Source of the DNA: Candidatus Falkowbacteria bacterium GW2011_GWF2_43_32
GTDB taxonomy: Bacteria; Patescibacteriota; Patescibacteriia; Patescibacteriales; UBA12465
Direction of reading: 5' to 3'
NCBI GenBank assembly: GCA_000999715.1
Contig: LCGL01000004.1
Span: 44,289 to 108,288 of the forward strand
Length of the DNA: 64,000 nt
The position numbers and the translations under genes are program-made. A model generated the notes under the pieces. It made no database searches. It was not told the DNA's origin and saw nothing but the letters and a program-made list of their open reading frames with translations. This document shows, piece after piece, positions 1 to 11,774 of the stretch; within the stretch, counting starts at the first letter, position 1, and the number at the start of each line of letters is the position of its first letter.

Positions 1-2
1 GC

Positions 3-941
3 GGCATGACGCGTATGCCTTTGGTACTGCAGAAAGTCAAAGAATTCTTCGGCAAGGAACCGAACTTGACCGTGAATCCGGATGAAGTTGTAGCGATGGG
101 CGCGGCCGTACAAGCCGGTGTTTTGCAAGGGGATGTTAAAGATGTTCTATTGTTGGATGTTACTCCGCTGACCTTGGGAATTGAAACTTTGGGCGGCGTG
201 GCCACTCCTTTGATTGAGAGAAATACCACTATTCCGACTTCTAAATCGCAAACTTTTTCAACGGCCGCCGACGGTCAAACCGCGGTGGAGATTCATATTG
301 TCCAGGGCGATCGTCCGATGGCCAGCGACAATAAAACGCTCGGACATTTTACTTTGGACGGCATTCCGTCCGCACCGCGCGGCATTCCGCAGATTGAAGT
401 GAAATTTGATTTGGATGCCAACGGTATTTTGAATGTCGCCGCTACCGACAAAGCGACCAATAAACAACAGAAAATTACCATTACCGCTTCTTCCGGTTTG
501 TCCAAAGAGGAAATCGAGAAGATGAAAAAAGAAGCCGAGCTTCACGCCGAAGAAGATAAAAAGAAAAAAGAAGAAGCGGAAATAAAAAATCAGGCCGACG
601 CGGTTTCCTTCACGATGGAAAAAATGGTTAAGGAGTCGGGTGATAAGATGAAGCCGGAAGACAAGAAAGAATTGGAGGATAAGAACGAAGAGTTGAAGAA
701 AGCGAAGGAGTCCGGCAATCTTGAGGAGATGAAAAAGAAAATGGAAGAGATAAATACCATTGCCCAGAAAATCGGCGCGGCCATGTACCAACAGCCGGGT
801 GCCGGAGGAGTTCCGGGCGCGGAACAAGCGGGAGCGGCCGGTGCTGAGGCCGGGGCGGCGGGAGCCGGACCCGAGGGGGCTGATGCTAGTGCCAAGAAAG
901 ATGATAATGTTGTGGAAGGAGAAGTCGAGGAGAAGAAATAA
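3..941 (+). CDS. dnaK: Chaperone DnaK, C-terminal part (gene starts before the window)
   Basis: [30 protein letters not shown] and [19 protein letters not shown] Hsp70 motifs. Confidence 0.98.
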   Translation, partial: GMTRMPLVLQKVKEFFGKEPNLTVNPDEVVAMGAAVQAGVLQGDVKDVLLLDVTPLTLGIETLGGVATPLIERNTTIPTSKSQTFSTAADGQTAVEIHIVQGDRPMASDNKTLGHFTLDGIPSAPRGIPQIEVKFDLDANGILNVAATDKATNKQQKITITASSGLSKEEIEKMKKEAELHAEEDKKKKEEAEIKNQADAVSFTMEKMVKESGDKMKPEDKKELEDKNEELKKAKESGNLEEMKKKMEEINTIAQKIGAAMYQQPGAGGVPGAEQAGAAGAEAGAAGAGPEGADASAKKDDNVVEGEVEEKK

Positions 942-1046
942 TAATAAAAGAAGTAATATAGGAAAAATAAGAGAACCCGGATAGTTTTATTTTTTGTTTA
1001 GAAAATATTTATCCCCACTTCATAAGCAGTATGCTTATATGGAAGG

Positions 1047-1457
1047 ATGGATATATTTTATTCAAAATATAAAAGCTTACCCGGAACCAGTTATCGGGAA
1101 ATTAAGCATTGTGTCGATGTCTCATTCACGAAAATAAAGCGCAGGACTAGGCGGCGACCGTATTTAAGATCCGCTTATTTTCATGGAGAAAAAATATTTT
1201 TTGAATATTTTTGGGCGCATTTGAGACAAAAAAATTATAAGGATCAAATTAGACGACTTAAATTTTTCCGGGCTTCTTTAGAGTTATTACAGTATTCATG
1301 CCATATTGCAGAGACATCAATTAACCGCCACAATACAACAGATAAACTATATAGATTTCAAGGAAAAACCGCCGATAGTCGTTTGTTTATTGTGCAAGTA
1401 AAAGAAAATAAGAAGACGGGCCAAAAATTTTTTATGTCTTGCTTCCCTCGGGAATAA
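1047..1457 (+). CDS. Basic hypothetical protein, putative RelE/BECR-fold ribonuclease toxin
   Basis: 136 aa, K/R-rich, AT-rich insertion between dnaK and dnaJ; C-terminal FIVQVKE..G.KFFMSCFP resembles BECR-type nucleases (recognised from memory, not searched). Confidence 0.5.
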   Translation: MDIFYSKYKSLPGTSYREIKHCVDVSFTKIKRRTRRRPYLRSAYFHGEKIFFEYFWAHLRQKNYKDQIRRLKFFRASLELLQYSCHIAETSINRHNTTDKLYRFQGKTADSRLFIVQVKENKKTGQKFFMSCFPRE

Positions 1458-1461
1458 AATC

Positions 1462-1541
1462 TAATAAAACAAAAAATCCCCGCCAAGTTGGAGGAATTTA
1501 CCGCTTGAGGCGATAAAAGTAAGCTCCGGCCGAGATTTCTT
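1462..1541 (-). ncRNA. Putative ~80-nt hairpin small RNA convergent on the 1047-1457 gene
   Basis: Lies downstream of a consensus minus-strand promoter; AAATCTCGGCC..GGCGGGGATTT, GGAG..CTCC and TTTATCGC..GCGGTAAA nested stems followed by a T-tract. Confidence 0.55.
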
Positions 1542-1547
1542 ATTACT

Positions 1548-1575
1548 ATTATAGCACAATATTTTTTTATGTCAA
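1548..1575 (-). promoter_or_regulatory. Sigma70 promoter TTGACA-N16-TATAAT with extended -10 TG
   Basis: + strand attata (1548-1553) and tgtcaa (1570-1575); minus strand reads TGC-TATAAT. Confidence 0.7.
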
Positions 1576-1664
1576 TGCAAAAACTTTTCATCAAAAACCG
1601 CCATGATCAGAAAATCGCGGCCGTTGCCCGAGTAATCGATAAGTGGCTCAAGTCCCTTAATTAA
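1575..1664 (+). pseudogene. 29-aa remnant, probably an internally deleted alpha/beta hydrolase
   Basis: MQKLFIKNRHDQKIAAV-ARVIDKWLKSLN*; looks like the fused N- and C-termini of a CPR alpha/beta hydrolase family. Confidence 0.4.
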
Positions 1665-1696
1665 ATTTTTCAATTAAATTCGACTCTCAATTAATT

Positions 1697-2806
1697 ATGC
1701 CCAAAGACTATTACGATATTTTAGGCGTTTCCAAAAACGCCGGCGCCGCCGATATTAAAACCGCTTTTCGCAAGAAAGCGCACGAACATCATCCGGACAA
1801 AGGCGGCGATGAAGTAAAATTCAAGGAGCTTAACGAGGCTTATCAGGTTTTAGGTAACGCGGAAAAGCGTCAGCGCTACGATCAATTCGGCGCGGCTGCT
1901 TTTCAGCAAGGCGGATTCAACAATGCCGGCGGCCAGGGTGCGAGCGGTTTCGGCGGCCAGGGCTTTTCCGGTTTTCAGAACGGTGGTTTTAATGTTGATT
2001 TTGAGGACTTGGGCGATATGTTCGGCGGCTTTGGCGACATTTTCGGTTTCGGCGGCAGTTCGGGGCGCGGCAGTTCAAAAAGACAAACGCGCGGCCGCGA
2101 TCTGGAAATGAAAATCGGTTTGGAGTTTATGGAAGCAATTTTTGGCGGCGAGAAAGAGTTGAATTTTTCCAAAAATATCACTTGCAATCGTTGTCACGGC
2201 GAAGGAGCCGAACCGGGCGCGAAAGTGGAAACTTGTAAAACCTGCGGCGGTTCCGGACGTGTTGCCCATATTCAACGGACGATTTTGGGTAATATTCAAA
2301 CGCAAGCGACTTGCTCACATTGCGGCGGCGAAGGGAAAATTTATAGTCAAAAATGTACGAAATGCGGCGGCGCGGGCATTCATCACGAGGCGGTAAAATT
2401 AAAAATCCGCATTCCGGCCGGAATTGACGACGGCGAATCCATCAAGTTGAGCGGACAGGGCGAAGCCGGACAAAAAGGGGCGCCGGCCGGAGATTTATAT
2501 TTGCGCGTAAAAGTTGCCGCCCATAAAAATTTTATTCGCGATGGTTATGATATTCGGACCGAAGAAGTAATCAATATCAAACAAGCGATTTTGGGTGACA
2601 AGATTGAAGTGGCCACGATTCATGGTCCGGTAAAACTGAAAATTCCGGAAGGTACGCAGTCAGGTACGGTTTTTAAGTTGAAAGAAAAGGGTATAACTAA
2701 ATTACGGAACCGCGGTCTTGGTGATCAGTTCATAAAAATAACGGTCAAGATTCCGGCCGGCTTGAATCGCCGTCAAAAACAGATTTTGGAACAATTAAAT
2801 ATGTAA
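1697..2806 (+). CDS. dnaJ: Chaperone DnaJ
   Basis: J domain with HPD, G/F-rich linker, four CxxCxGxG repeats. Confidence 0.98.
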   Translation: MPKDYYDILGVSKNAGAADIKTAFRKKAHEHHPDKGGDEVKFKELNEAYQVLGNAEKRQRYDQFGAAAFQQGGFNNAGGQGASGFGGQGFSGFQNGGFNVDFEDLGDMFGGFGDIFGFGGSSGRGSSKRQTRGRDLEMKIGLEFMEAIFGGEKELNFSKNITCNRCHGEGAEPGAKVETCKTCGGSGRVAHIQRTILGNIQTQATCSHCGGEGKIYSQKCTKCGGAGIHHEAVKLKIRIPAGIDDGESIKLSGQGEAGQKGAPAGDLYLRVKVAAHKNFIRDGYDIRTEEVINIKQAILGDKIEVATIHGPVKLKIPEGTQSGTVFKLKEKGITKLRNRGLGDQFIKITVKIPAGLNRRQKQILEQLNM

Positions 2807-2911
2807 TATTTTGCCGTTATAGTCAATCAGTCTTATTCTTTATTTCGGTTGACTTTTACCGTTAAAATGCTAAAATTAAAGTGTTCTTATTATTAAATTA
2901 ACAGAAAAACT

Positions 2912-3070
2912 ATGTGCTGTAATTGGCTCCAAAAGATTTTTGGCGGTAAAAATTGCTGCCAGCACGCAGAAGAGAAAGCGCCGTCGACAGATTCCGTGGT
3001 GAATGCCACCGCCGGACAAGAAGTCAAGCCGGAAGGCAATCATTCGGAGCACTCGGAAAACATCCAATAA
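2912..3070 (+). CDS. 52-aa small protein (MCCNWLQKIFGGKNCCQH...), absent from the ORF track
   Basis: ATG 2912 to TAA 3070; upstream TTGACT...TAAAAT promoter-like sequence and A-rich leader. Confidence 0.55.
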   Translation: MCCNWLQKIFGGKNCCQHAEEKAPSTDSVVNATAGQEVKPEGNHSEHSENIQ

Positions 3071-3187
3071 TTATTTTCCGACAGAACTTAGAAGACGCGC
3101 TTGACGCGTTTTTTAAGTATAAAATTAATTGCGCCTGACAGTCGGCCGGCAAACCGGCGGCTGATATCATCAAGGCGCTCCGATAAA

Positions 3188-4039
3188 ATGTTTATCGATA
3201 CTCATGCCCATGTTAATTTCTCCGCTTTTAAAGACGATGCCGACGAGGTAATTCGTCGCGCTTTTGATAATAATACTTGGATGGTTTTGGTGGGCTCGGA
3301 ATTAAAGACTTCCAATCGGGCTTTGAATTATGCCAATAAATACGAAAAAGGCGTTTATGCCGCTATCGGCTTACATCCGGTTCATTTGGAAGAGGGTTTG
3401 GTCGATACCGGCGAAACCGGCGATTTGGCCGGTTTTACGGCTCGGGCCGAGGAATTTGATTACGGCAGTTATGAAAAATTGGCCAAGTTTGAAAAAGTCG
3501 TGGCGATCGGCGAAATCGGCTTGGATTATTATCATCTGGATCCGACGAAAAATTTGCCGGCACTCAAGAAAAAACAGCAAGAAGTATTTGCCCAGCAATT
3601 GCTGTTGGCGCGTAGTCTGGATCTCCCGGCCATCATTCATTGCCGCCAGGCGCACGACGATTTATTGATGTTATTGCAGGAATTTAAAGAAGAATACGGC
3701 CGTCTGATTCCGAACGATCGCCCTTGGGGAGTGGTCCATTGTTTTTCCGGCGACGAAGATTTGGCTTGGAAATATTTTAAATTGGGATTATTGATTTCTT
3801 TCACCGGTCTCATCACTTTCAGCCAACAGTGGGACGATTTGATTCGCAAGACCTCTTTGGACAAGATAATGATTGAAACCGATTCGCCGTATATGACTCC
3901 GGAACCTTATCGCGGTCAGCGCAATGAGCCTCTTTTGGTGCAATATGTGGCTAATCATATTGCAAAAATCAAAAATATCAAGCTGGAAAAAGTGGCGGAA
4001 ATCACTACGGCGACGGCCAGAGCCTTCTTTAAGATTTAA
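3188..4039 (+). CDS. tatD: TatD-family deoxyribonuclease
   Basis: IDTHAH, GLHP, AIGEIGLDYY, HCFSG and IETDSPY motifs; start set at ATG 3188. Confidence 0.95.
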   Translation: MFIDTHAHVNFSAFKDDADEVIRRAFDNNTWMVLVGSELKTSNRALNYANKYEKGVYAAIGLHPVHLEEGLVDTGETGDLAGFTARAEEFDYGSYEKLAKFEKVVAIGEIGLDYYHLDPTKNLPALKKKQQEVFAQQLLLARSLDLPAIIHCRQAHDDLLMLLQEFKEEYGRLIPNDRPWGVVHCFSGDEDLAWKYFKLGLLISFTGLITFSQQWDDLIRKTSLDKIMIETDSPYMTPEPYRGQRNEPLLVQYVANHIAKIKNIKLEKVAEITTATARAFFKI

Positions 4040-4074
4040 CCCTAAAATTAGAGTAAATTATAAAAAGAGCAGGG

Positions 4075-4103
4075 TTGACACGTAAACCCTTTTGCGGTAT
4101 AAC
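4075..4103 (+). promoter_or_regulatory. Promoter of the atp operon
   Basis: TTGACA-N17-TATAAC. Confidence 0.65.
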
Positions 4104-4146
4104 TGAGTTGTCTTAATTTTAGAAAGACAGTCGATATTTTGACGAT

Positions 4147-4497
4147 ATGAATTTAGGAAAAATTATTGATCCCAAAAGCGTGAAAACGATGGCTGTCGCG
4201 ACGTTTTATTACGCCAGCGGCGCTATTTTCGGACCTTTATTGCTTTTTGGCGGTTTAGGATATTTGTCGGATAAATGGTTTTCATCCAGCCCGCTGGGAT
4301 TGATTATCGGCGTATTTTTGGCTTTCGTAACGACCAATTTTCTATTATTGAAGAAACTGGGCAAAATTAATCGTTTGATCGCTTCCTACGCCCCGAAACC
4401 GATTGATGAAGTAAAGATCGATCAAGAAAAAGACGATCGTCAGCCGGCGATTGATTCAAGCGCCGCCGATAAGGCTCGCGCCGCCAAACAACAATAA
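4147..4497 (+). CDS. AtpZ/AtpI-family membrane protein
   Basis: Two TM segments with GYLSDKWF, first gene of the atp operon. Confidence 0.8.
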   Translation: MNLGKIIDPKSVKTMAVATFYYASGAIFGPLLLFGGLGYLSDKWFSSSPLGLIIGVFLAFVTTNFLLLKKLGKINRLIASYAPKPIDEVKIDQEKDDRQPAIDSSAADKARAAKQQ

Positions 4498-4499
4498 AT

Positions 4500-5243
4500 A
4501 TGAGTTTGAATATTTCACTTTCTCCGGAAATTTTATTTTACCTCGGCACTTGGCCGATTTCCAATACTTTTTTTTGGTCTGTTGTCGTAACGGTGTTTTT
4601 GATTATCGGTTCTTTTTTCTTGCGCCGCAGTCTTCGTTTGATTCCCGGCAAGTTTCAGAATATGATAGAAATTTTGGTGGAAGGCGGATATGATTTCGTG
4701 GAAGGCGTCGTCGGCGATAAAACCAAAGCGAAAAGAATTTTTCCTTTGGTGTTTACCATGTTTTTCTTTATTTTTTTCTGTAACTTGCTGGTTTACATTC
4801 CCGGACAGTCGGCCGTCACCATACAAACCGCCGGGGGAGCGGTGCCTTTGTTTCGGGCGATCATTTCCGATTATGGTTTGGTATTCATGATGACGATGAT
4901 TTCCGTGTTGATTACCCAGATCGTCGCGATTGTTGTAGCCGGCCCCTGGAAATATATCGGTAAATTCATCAATCTGAGAAGCCCTCTGAAATGTTTTTTG
5001 GGCATTATGGATTTGATCGGCGAATTGGCGAAAGTGATGTCCCTGTCTTTCCGTTTGTTCGGCAATATTTTCGCCGGTGAAATTTTGGGAGCGGTGATGT
5101 TATTTTTATTCCCGTTTTTTCTGCCTTTGCCGTTTTTGTTTCTGGGACTTTTAACGGCGGTGGTTCAGCCTTTCGTGTTTGCGGTCTTGACTCTGGTTTT
5201 CATTTCCATGGCTTCGGATATTTCCGTTCCGGAAGAAGCTTAA
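4500..5243 (+). CDS. atpB: ATP synthase subunit a
   Basis: SLSFRLFGNIFAGE motif. Confidence 0.97.
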   Translation: MSLNISLSPEILFYLGTWPISNTFFWSVVVTVFLIIGSFFLRRSLRLIPGKFQNMIEILVEGGYDFVEGVVGDKTKAKRIFPLVFTMFFFIFFCNLLVYIPGQSAVTIQTAGGAVPLFRAIISDYGLVFMMTMISVLITQIVAIVVAGPWKYIGKFINLRSPLKCFLGIMDLIGELAKVMSLSFRLFGNIFAGEILGAVMLFLFPFFLPLPFLFLGLLTAVVQPFVFAVLTLVFISMASDISVPEEA

Positions 5244-5282
5244 AAACTTATCATTTATAAAATTAATTATAATTTAATCTAA

Positions 5283-5516
<234 letters not shown>

Positions 5517-5590
5517 AAAGCGGGGAAGATCCGACTCTTTGCTCCTCGGAGATAAGGGGCGGATTTCTTTGTTTTTTAATTTTCCTTTTT

Positions 5591-6085
5591 ATGACTTTAA
5601 TCAGAGCTTTGGGAATCGACGGTAGAATTCTTTTGGCCCAATTTTTTAATTTTGCGGTTTTGGCTTTTGTTCTCTGGCGTTTTGCTTATCGCCCGCTTTT
5701 TAATATGTTGGAAGAACGGCGTCGCAAAGTCGCGCAAGGAGTGGAGGACGCCGAAGCCGCCACCAAAAAATTAGTGGCCGCCACCGACGAAAGTCGGGGA
5801 TTGGTAACGGGCGCCAAAAAAGAAGCGGCGCTGATCGTGGAAGAAGCCAAAAAACAAGCCGAGATTCGATATAAGGAAATAATCAATAAGTCGCGGGAAG
5901 ATATCGGCGTGATTATCAACGAAGAAAGAGAAAAAATGAGAATTGAAAAAGCCGAAACTTTGCGGGCGATTAAAAATGAAATCGCCGGCTTGGTCGTTTT
6001 ATCCGTAGAAAAAGTTTTGGGAGAAAAAATTGATGCCGTCAAAGATCAGGAATTGATTGAACGGACGGTTAAAAAATTAAAATAA
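5591..6085 (+). CDS. atpF: ATP synthase subunit b
   Basis: N-terminal TM (QFFNF) followed by a coiled coil; operon position. Confidence 0.95.
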   Translation: MTLIRALGIDGRILLAQFFNFAVLAFVLWRFAYRPLFNMLEERRRKVAQGVEDAEAATKKLVAATDESRGLVTGAKKEAALIVEEAKKQAEIRYKEIINKSREDIGVIINEEREKMRIEKAETLRAIKNEIAGLVVLSVEKVLGEKIDAVKDQELIERTVKKLK

Positions 6086-6487
6086 ATGAAAGCCAGCGAT
6101 AAACAATATGCGCGCGCACTTTTTGACTTGACGCAAAATCAAAAGGGCGCGGAGTTGAATAAAACGATTAAAGATTTCGCTCGTCTTTTGCTTAAGCACA
6201 ATCGGGCCGTCAGTTTGAATCGCATCATCGATCGTTTTCAAAATATTTGGAATCAGGAAAATTCCGTGGTGAAGGCGGAAATAATCAGCGCGCATAAGTT
6301 GAACGATAAGACGAAGGAATTTTTAGACGAACACATTAAAAAATTGGCTCAGGCCAAAGAAGTGGCCGTCGACAGCAAGGTGGATCCCGGCATTTTAGGC
6401 GGCTTGATAATAAAATACGGCGACCGTATCATTGACGCCGGCTTTAAATCCAAATTGCGGTCGTTGAAGCAAAGTATTCAAAATTAA
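6086..6487 (+). CDS. atpH: ATP synthase subunit delta (short form)
   Basis: YARALF and [19 protein letters not shown] motifs. Confidence 0.93.
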   Translation: MKASDKQYARALFDLTQNQKGAELNKTIKDFARLLLKHNRAVSLNRIIDRFQNIWNQENSVVKAEIISAHKLNDKTKEFLDEHIKKLAQAKEVAVDSKVDPGILGGLIIKYGDRIIDAGFKSKLRSLKQSIQN

Positions 6488-6504
6488 TTAATATTTACAA
6501 GCAT

Positions 6505-8043
6505 ATGTCCAGTCACGCCAAGGATTTCATCGTGGAACAATTAAAAAAACAGATTCAAGATTTGGAATTTGATAATCAGGAACGCTCTTTCGGCAAAGTC
6601 ATCGAAGTCGGCGACGGTATCGCCAAAGTTTCCGGATTGTCGGAAGCGATGATGTCGGAAATGTTGGAATTCAAGACCGAACGGGGATCCGTTTACGGCG
6701 TGGTGTTGAATTTAAACGAGGACAGCGTCGGCGCCATCGTTTTGGGCGATTCCAGTTGGATTAAGGAAGCCGATGAAGTGATGGCGACAAAAAGAATTTT
6801 GGAGGTTCCGGTCGGCGAAGATTTGATCGGCCGGGTGGTCAATCCTTTAGGGGCGGTTTTGGACGGCAAAGAAGAATTGAAATCCGATAAACATTATCCG
6901 ATTGAAAAAATCGCTCCGGGCGTTATTACCCGCGAATCGGTGAAACAGCCGGTTCAGACCGGTATTAAGGCCGTTGATGCCATGATTCCGATCGGCCGCG
7001 GACAAAGAGAATTGATTATCGGCGATCGCCAGATCGGCAAAACCGCTATCGCCATCGATACGATTATCAATCAAGCCGGACAGAAAATGAAATGCGTTTA
7101 TGTGGCTATCGGACAAAAAGAATCCAAGGTGGCCAATATTGTGGCTAAATTGGAACAATCCGGCGCCATGAAATATACTATTGTCGTTGTCGCCGGGGCG
7201 AGCGATCCGGCTTCCATGTTATATATCGCGCCTTATGCCGGGACGGCGATGGCGGAATACTTTTTGGATCAAGGCGAGGACGTGCTGGTCGTTTATGATG
7301 ATTTGTCCAAGCACGCCGTATCTTATCGCGAGATTTCTTTATTGTTGAAACGTCCGCCGGGCCGCGAAGCGTATCCGGGCGACGTCTTTTATTTGCATTC
7401 CCGTTTATTGGAAAGATCTTGCAAGCTGAACAAAGATTTTGGCGGCGGGTCAATCACTTCCTTGCCGATTATCGAAACGCAAGCCGGCGATGTGGCCGCT
7501 TATATTCCGACCAATGTCATTTCTATCACCGACGGACAGATTTATTTGGAACCGGATTTGTTTTATCAAGGCAATCGTCCGGCCGTCAATGTCGGTATTT
7601 CCGTTTCCCGTGTCGGTTCGGCCGCTCAGATCAAGGCGATGAAGAAAGTGGCCGGAAAAATTAAGTTGGAAGCGGCGCAGTATAGAGAATTGGCGGCTTT
7701 TGCCCAGTTCGGTTCCGATTTGGATGAAGCGACCAAAAAGCAATTGGAAAGAGGCAAGCGCTTATTTGAAATTTTCAAACAAGATCAGTACGCTCCGGTG
7801 GCCGTTGAAGACCAGGTGTTGATTTATTACGCGGTTTCCAACGGGTATATGGATGACGTGCCGGTAGAACGGATTAAAGATTTTGAACTCGCTCTTTTGA
7901 ATTATGCTCATGACAATGCCCGGGCGACTTTGGACAGGGTAAAAAAGAGCGGTCAGTTGGAAGAAAAAGATGAAAGCGATTTCCAGCAAGCCATTCAAGG
8001 CTGTAAAGATATTTTAGATTATTTGATCAAGAAAAATGATTAA
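6505..8043 (+). CDS. atpA: ATP synthase subunit alpha
   Basis: GDRQIGKT and [21 protein letters not shown] motifs. Confidence 0.99.
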   Translation: MSSHAKDFIVEQLKKQIQDLEFDNQERSFGKVIEVGDGIAKVSGLSEAMMSEMLEFKTERGSVYGVVLNLNEDSVGAIVLGDSSWIKEADEVMATKRILEVPVGEDLIGRVVNPLGAVLDGKEELKSDKHYPIEKIAPGVITRESVKQPVQTGIKAVDAMIPIGRGQRELIIGDRQIGKTAIAIDTIINQAGQKMKCVYVAIGQKESKVANIVAKLEQSGAMKYTIVVVAGASDPASMLYIAPYAGTAMAEYFLDQGEDVLVVYDDLSKHAVSYREISLLLKRPPGREAYPGDVFYLHSRLLERSCKLNKDFGGGSITSLPIIETQAGDVAAYIPTNVISITDGQIYLEPDLFYQGNRPAVNVGISVSRVGSAAQIKAMKKVAGKIKLEAAQYRELAAFAQFGSDLDEATKKQLERGKRLFEIFKQDQYAPVAVEDQVLIYYAVSNGYMDDVPVERIKDFELALLNYAHDNARATLDRVKKSGQLEEKDESDFQQAIQGCKDILDYLIKKND

Positions 8044-8986
8044 TGCCAAAGAGATAAAAAAAAGAATAAAATCCGTTTCCAACACCAAAAAAATTACCAA
8101 AGCGATGGAGATGGTGGCGGCCGCCAAAATGCGCCGCGCCGTGGAAGCGGTGTTAAAAACCAGAACTTATGCCAATTTGAGTTGGATGACGATTTTGAAT
8201 ATCGCCCGTTCTCTCAATTCCGGCTCCGAGCGACATCCCTTGCTGACGCCGCGCCCGGAAAATAAAAGAACGGCCATTGTTCTGGTCTCTTCCAATCGCG
8301 GTTTATGCGGCGGATTCAATACCGCGCTTATTTCCAAAGCGATAAAATCGCTTAAAAAATACGATTCGGAGACGGATTTTATAGTCATCGGGAAAAAGGG
8401 CTTGGCGGTGCAAAATCGTTTCGGCTATAATGTCGTCGCCGAGTTTCCGAAAGCCGACGTGTTGTCCGATTCAACGGCGGTTTCCCCCATAGCTTCCATG
8501 ATCATCAAGGAATTTTTAAGCGGCCGTTATGATAAAGTCTTGTTGGCTTACAGCGATTTCGTCAATGCCGTTAAACAAGTGCCGCGCATCAAACAGCTTT
8601 TGCCCGTTGACATCGATTCCGAGGATGAATATTTGGGAGCGATCGGCACCAGCGAAAAGTTGGCGACCAGCAAGGAAATGATCAAACAGAAAGAAGAAAA
8701 ATATTTACAAACCGGAAAAAACAAATTTATTTTCACCTACGAACCGGAAGCGGAAGAAGTGTTGGAGGCGATGGTGCCGCGCTTGGTGGAAGTGCAAATT
8801 TTTCAGGCTCTTTTGGAATCCAATGCTTCCGAACACAGCGCCCGGATGGCGGCCATGCATCAAGCGACCGATGCCGCCGGAGACCTGGTTGACGAGTTGA
8901 CGCTTTTTTATAACAAAGCCAGACAAGCCAGCATTACCGCGGAAATTTCCGAAATCAGCGCCGGTGTTTTGAGTTTGAGCAGTTAA
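8036..8986 (+). CDS. atpG: ATP synthase subunit gamma
   Basis: [21 protein letters not shown] and [12 protein letters not shown] motifs. Confidence 0.98.
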   Translation: MINAKEIKKRIKSVSNTKKITKAMEMVAAAKMRRAVEAVLKTRTYANLSWMTILNIARSLNSGSERHPLLTPRPENKRTAIVLVSSNRGLCGGFNTALISKAIKSLKKYDSETDFIVIGKKGLAVQNRFGYNVVAEFPKADVLSDSTAVSPIASMIIKEFLSGRYDKVLLAYSDFVNAVKQVPRIKQLLPVDIDSEDEYLGAIGTSEKLATSKEMIKQKEEKYLQTGKNKFIFTYEPEAEEVLEAMVPRLVEVQIFQALLESNASEHSARMAAMHQATDAAGDLVDELTLFYNKARQASITAEISEISAGVLSLSS

Positions 8987-8998
8987 TAATTTTGCTAA

Positions 8999-10393
<1,395 letters not shown>

Positions 10394-10407
10394 TAAAAAT
10401 TTTGTTT

Positions 10408-10848
10408 ATGTCGCAAAAGATTATCACATTTGAAATCGTCACGCCGGAAAGAGTTGTTTTCCGAGAGGAAATCAGACAGATAACCGTGCCGACGACCAGC
10501 GGCGAAGTCACTATTTTGCCGGAGCATATTCCTTTGGTTTCCATCTTGAAGCCGGGCGTGTTGGAAATCAAAAAGTCCGACGATACCTGGGAAATTATTT
10601 CAGTATCCGGCGGATTTTTGGAGGTGCTGCGGGACAAAATTGTTATTTTAGCGGATACGGCGGAAAGAGCGGTGGAATTGGATGAACAGAGAATTGAGGA
10701 GGCTAGAGCCAGAGCCGAGGAAGCCAAGAAGAATGCGATTAATGTTGATCAAATGGAATTTGCCCGTATTGCCGCTCAATTGGAGAAAGAATTGGCGCGG
10801 ACGCGCGCTTTGAATCGTTGGCGGAAGATTAAAGGTTTTTCCAAGTAA
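10408..10848 (+). CDS. atpC: ATP synthase subunit epsilon
   Basis: EIVTPER, ILPEHIP and VSGGFLEV motifs. Confidence 0.97.
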   Translation: MSQKIITFEIVTPERVVFREEIRQITVPTTSGEVTILPEHIPLVSILKPGVLEIKKSDDTWEIISVSGGFLEVLRDKIVILADTAERAVELDEQRIEEARARAEEAKKNAINVDQMEFARIAAQLEKELARTRALNRWRKIKGFSK

Positions 10849-10875
10849 GAGGTATTCAAGTGATATTTTTAAAAT

Positions 10876-10905
10876 AAAAGCCTCGGCCTATCGGTCGGGG
10901 TTTTT
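10876..10905 (+). terminator. Intrinsic terminator of the atp operon
   Basis: AAAAGCCTCGGCC-TATC-GGTCGGGGTTTTT. Confidence 0.8.
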
Positions 10906-11064
10906 GGTATTTGGAATCGGATTTTGATTTACGGGATTTACCAAGGATTTTTGATATTTTTAAGGCGGAAACTCGTCATTATTCATACTTTGTTGTTTAT
11001 TGGTCCTGTTGCATAAGCGAATAAAAGGAGATAAAATAAGATTATCCGAGTATTGACGCTTGAT

Positions 11065-11146
11065 TCGAGAATTACGCGATATATTCGTATAATAGTCAAT
11101 AATTTGTATATATTGCGTATTTATGACGTATAAAAATGAGTTAGCT
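11065..11146 (+). promoter_or_regulatory. Candidate cassette promoter and attI-like insertion point (G/TT at 11140)
   Basis: TCGAGA-N17-TATAAT (11065-11093); direct repeats ATATATTCGTAT / ATATATTGCGTAT; first cassette starts GTTAGCT at 11140 with no convincing hairpin upstream. Confidence 0.45.
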
Positions 11147-11183
11147 GAAATTTTGTCTGCCTAATCAATAATCCAATATTAAT

Positions 11184-11630
11184 ATGCCTGAAAAAGAACG
11201 ATTTAAACCGTACGCCGCCGCCTATCTCGTCTTAATAAAAGATGGGCAAGTTTTGCTCATGAAAAGAGCCAACACTGGCTATCAGGATGGAAATTACGGG
11301 TTAGTATCTGGCCATTTTGATGGCGGAGAAACAGCAAAACAATGTATAATTCGTGAATCAAGGGAGGAGGCTGGAATTACTGTTTTTCCGGAAGATCTTG
11401 AAGTTGTTCATGTTGTGCATCGTTTTAGACCGGCTAGGGAATATTTTGATATTTATCTTCGTGCAGAAAAATGGTCTGGTGAAATAAAAAACATGGAACA
11501 AGATAAATGTGATGAGTTTGGGTGGTTTAAAATTGACGATCTTCCGGAAAATGCGATTCCCGAATTAAAACTTGCCCTTGAAAATATTAGAAACAACGTG
11601 CATTATGGAGAGCTTGGTTGGGCGGCTTAG
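11184..11630 (+). CDS. NUDIX hydrolase (cassette 1)
   Basis: GHFDGGETAKQCIIRESREEAGI Nudix box. Confidence 0.93.
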   Translation: MPEKERFKPYAAAYLVLIKDGQVLLMKRANTGYQDGNYGLVSGHFDGGETAKQCIIRESREEAGITVFPEDLEVVHVVHRFRPAREYFDIYLRAEKWSGEIKNMEQDKCDEFGWFKIDDLPENAIPELKLALENIRNNVHYGELGWAA

Positions 11631-11661
11631 TGATATTAAAAATGTCGGCAGACAAAGCATC

Positions 11662-11734
11662 AGATAACACGGTATATACAAAATTTTCTTTCGCTTCGCT
11701 TCAAAAAACTTCGTATGATACCGATACGTTGTAC
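11662..11734 (+). repeat. attC-like site 1 (complete, 73 bp)
   Basis: AGATAAC-A-CGGTATATAC...GTATGATACCG-ATAC-GTTGTAC. Confidence 0.8.
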
Positions 11735-11774
11735 GCCATACACTTCGGCGCGCGGGTTAAATAAAGTTCACGAT

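Noticed and set aside
214-984. Overlapping alternative-frame and antisense ORFs here and throughout the window (e.g. 53671-54513, 24246-24932)
   Set aside because: Shadow ORFs of well-supported genes with no recognisable motifs
10906-11050. Possible integrase remnant divergent from the array
   Set aside because: Only very short minus-strand frames (MNNDEFPP*, MTSFRLKNIKNPW*) with no tyrosine-recombinase motifs
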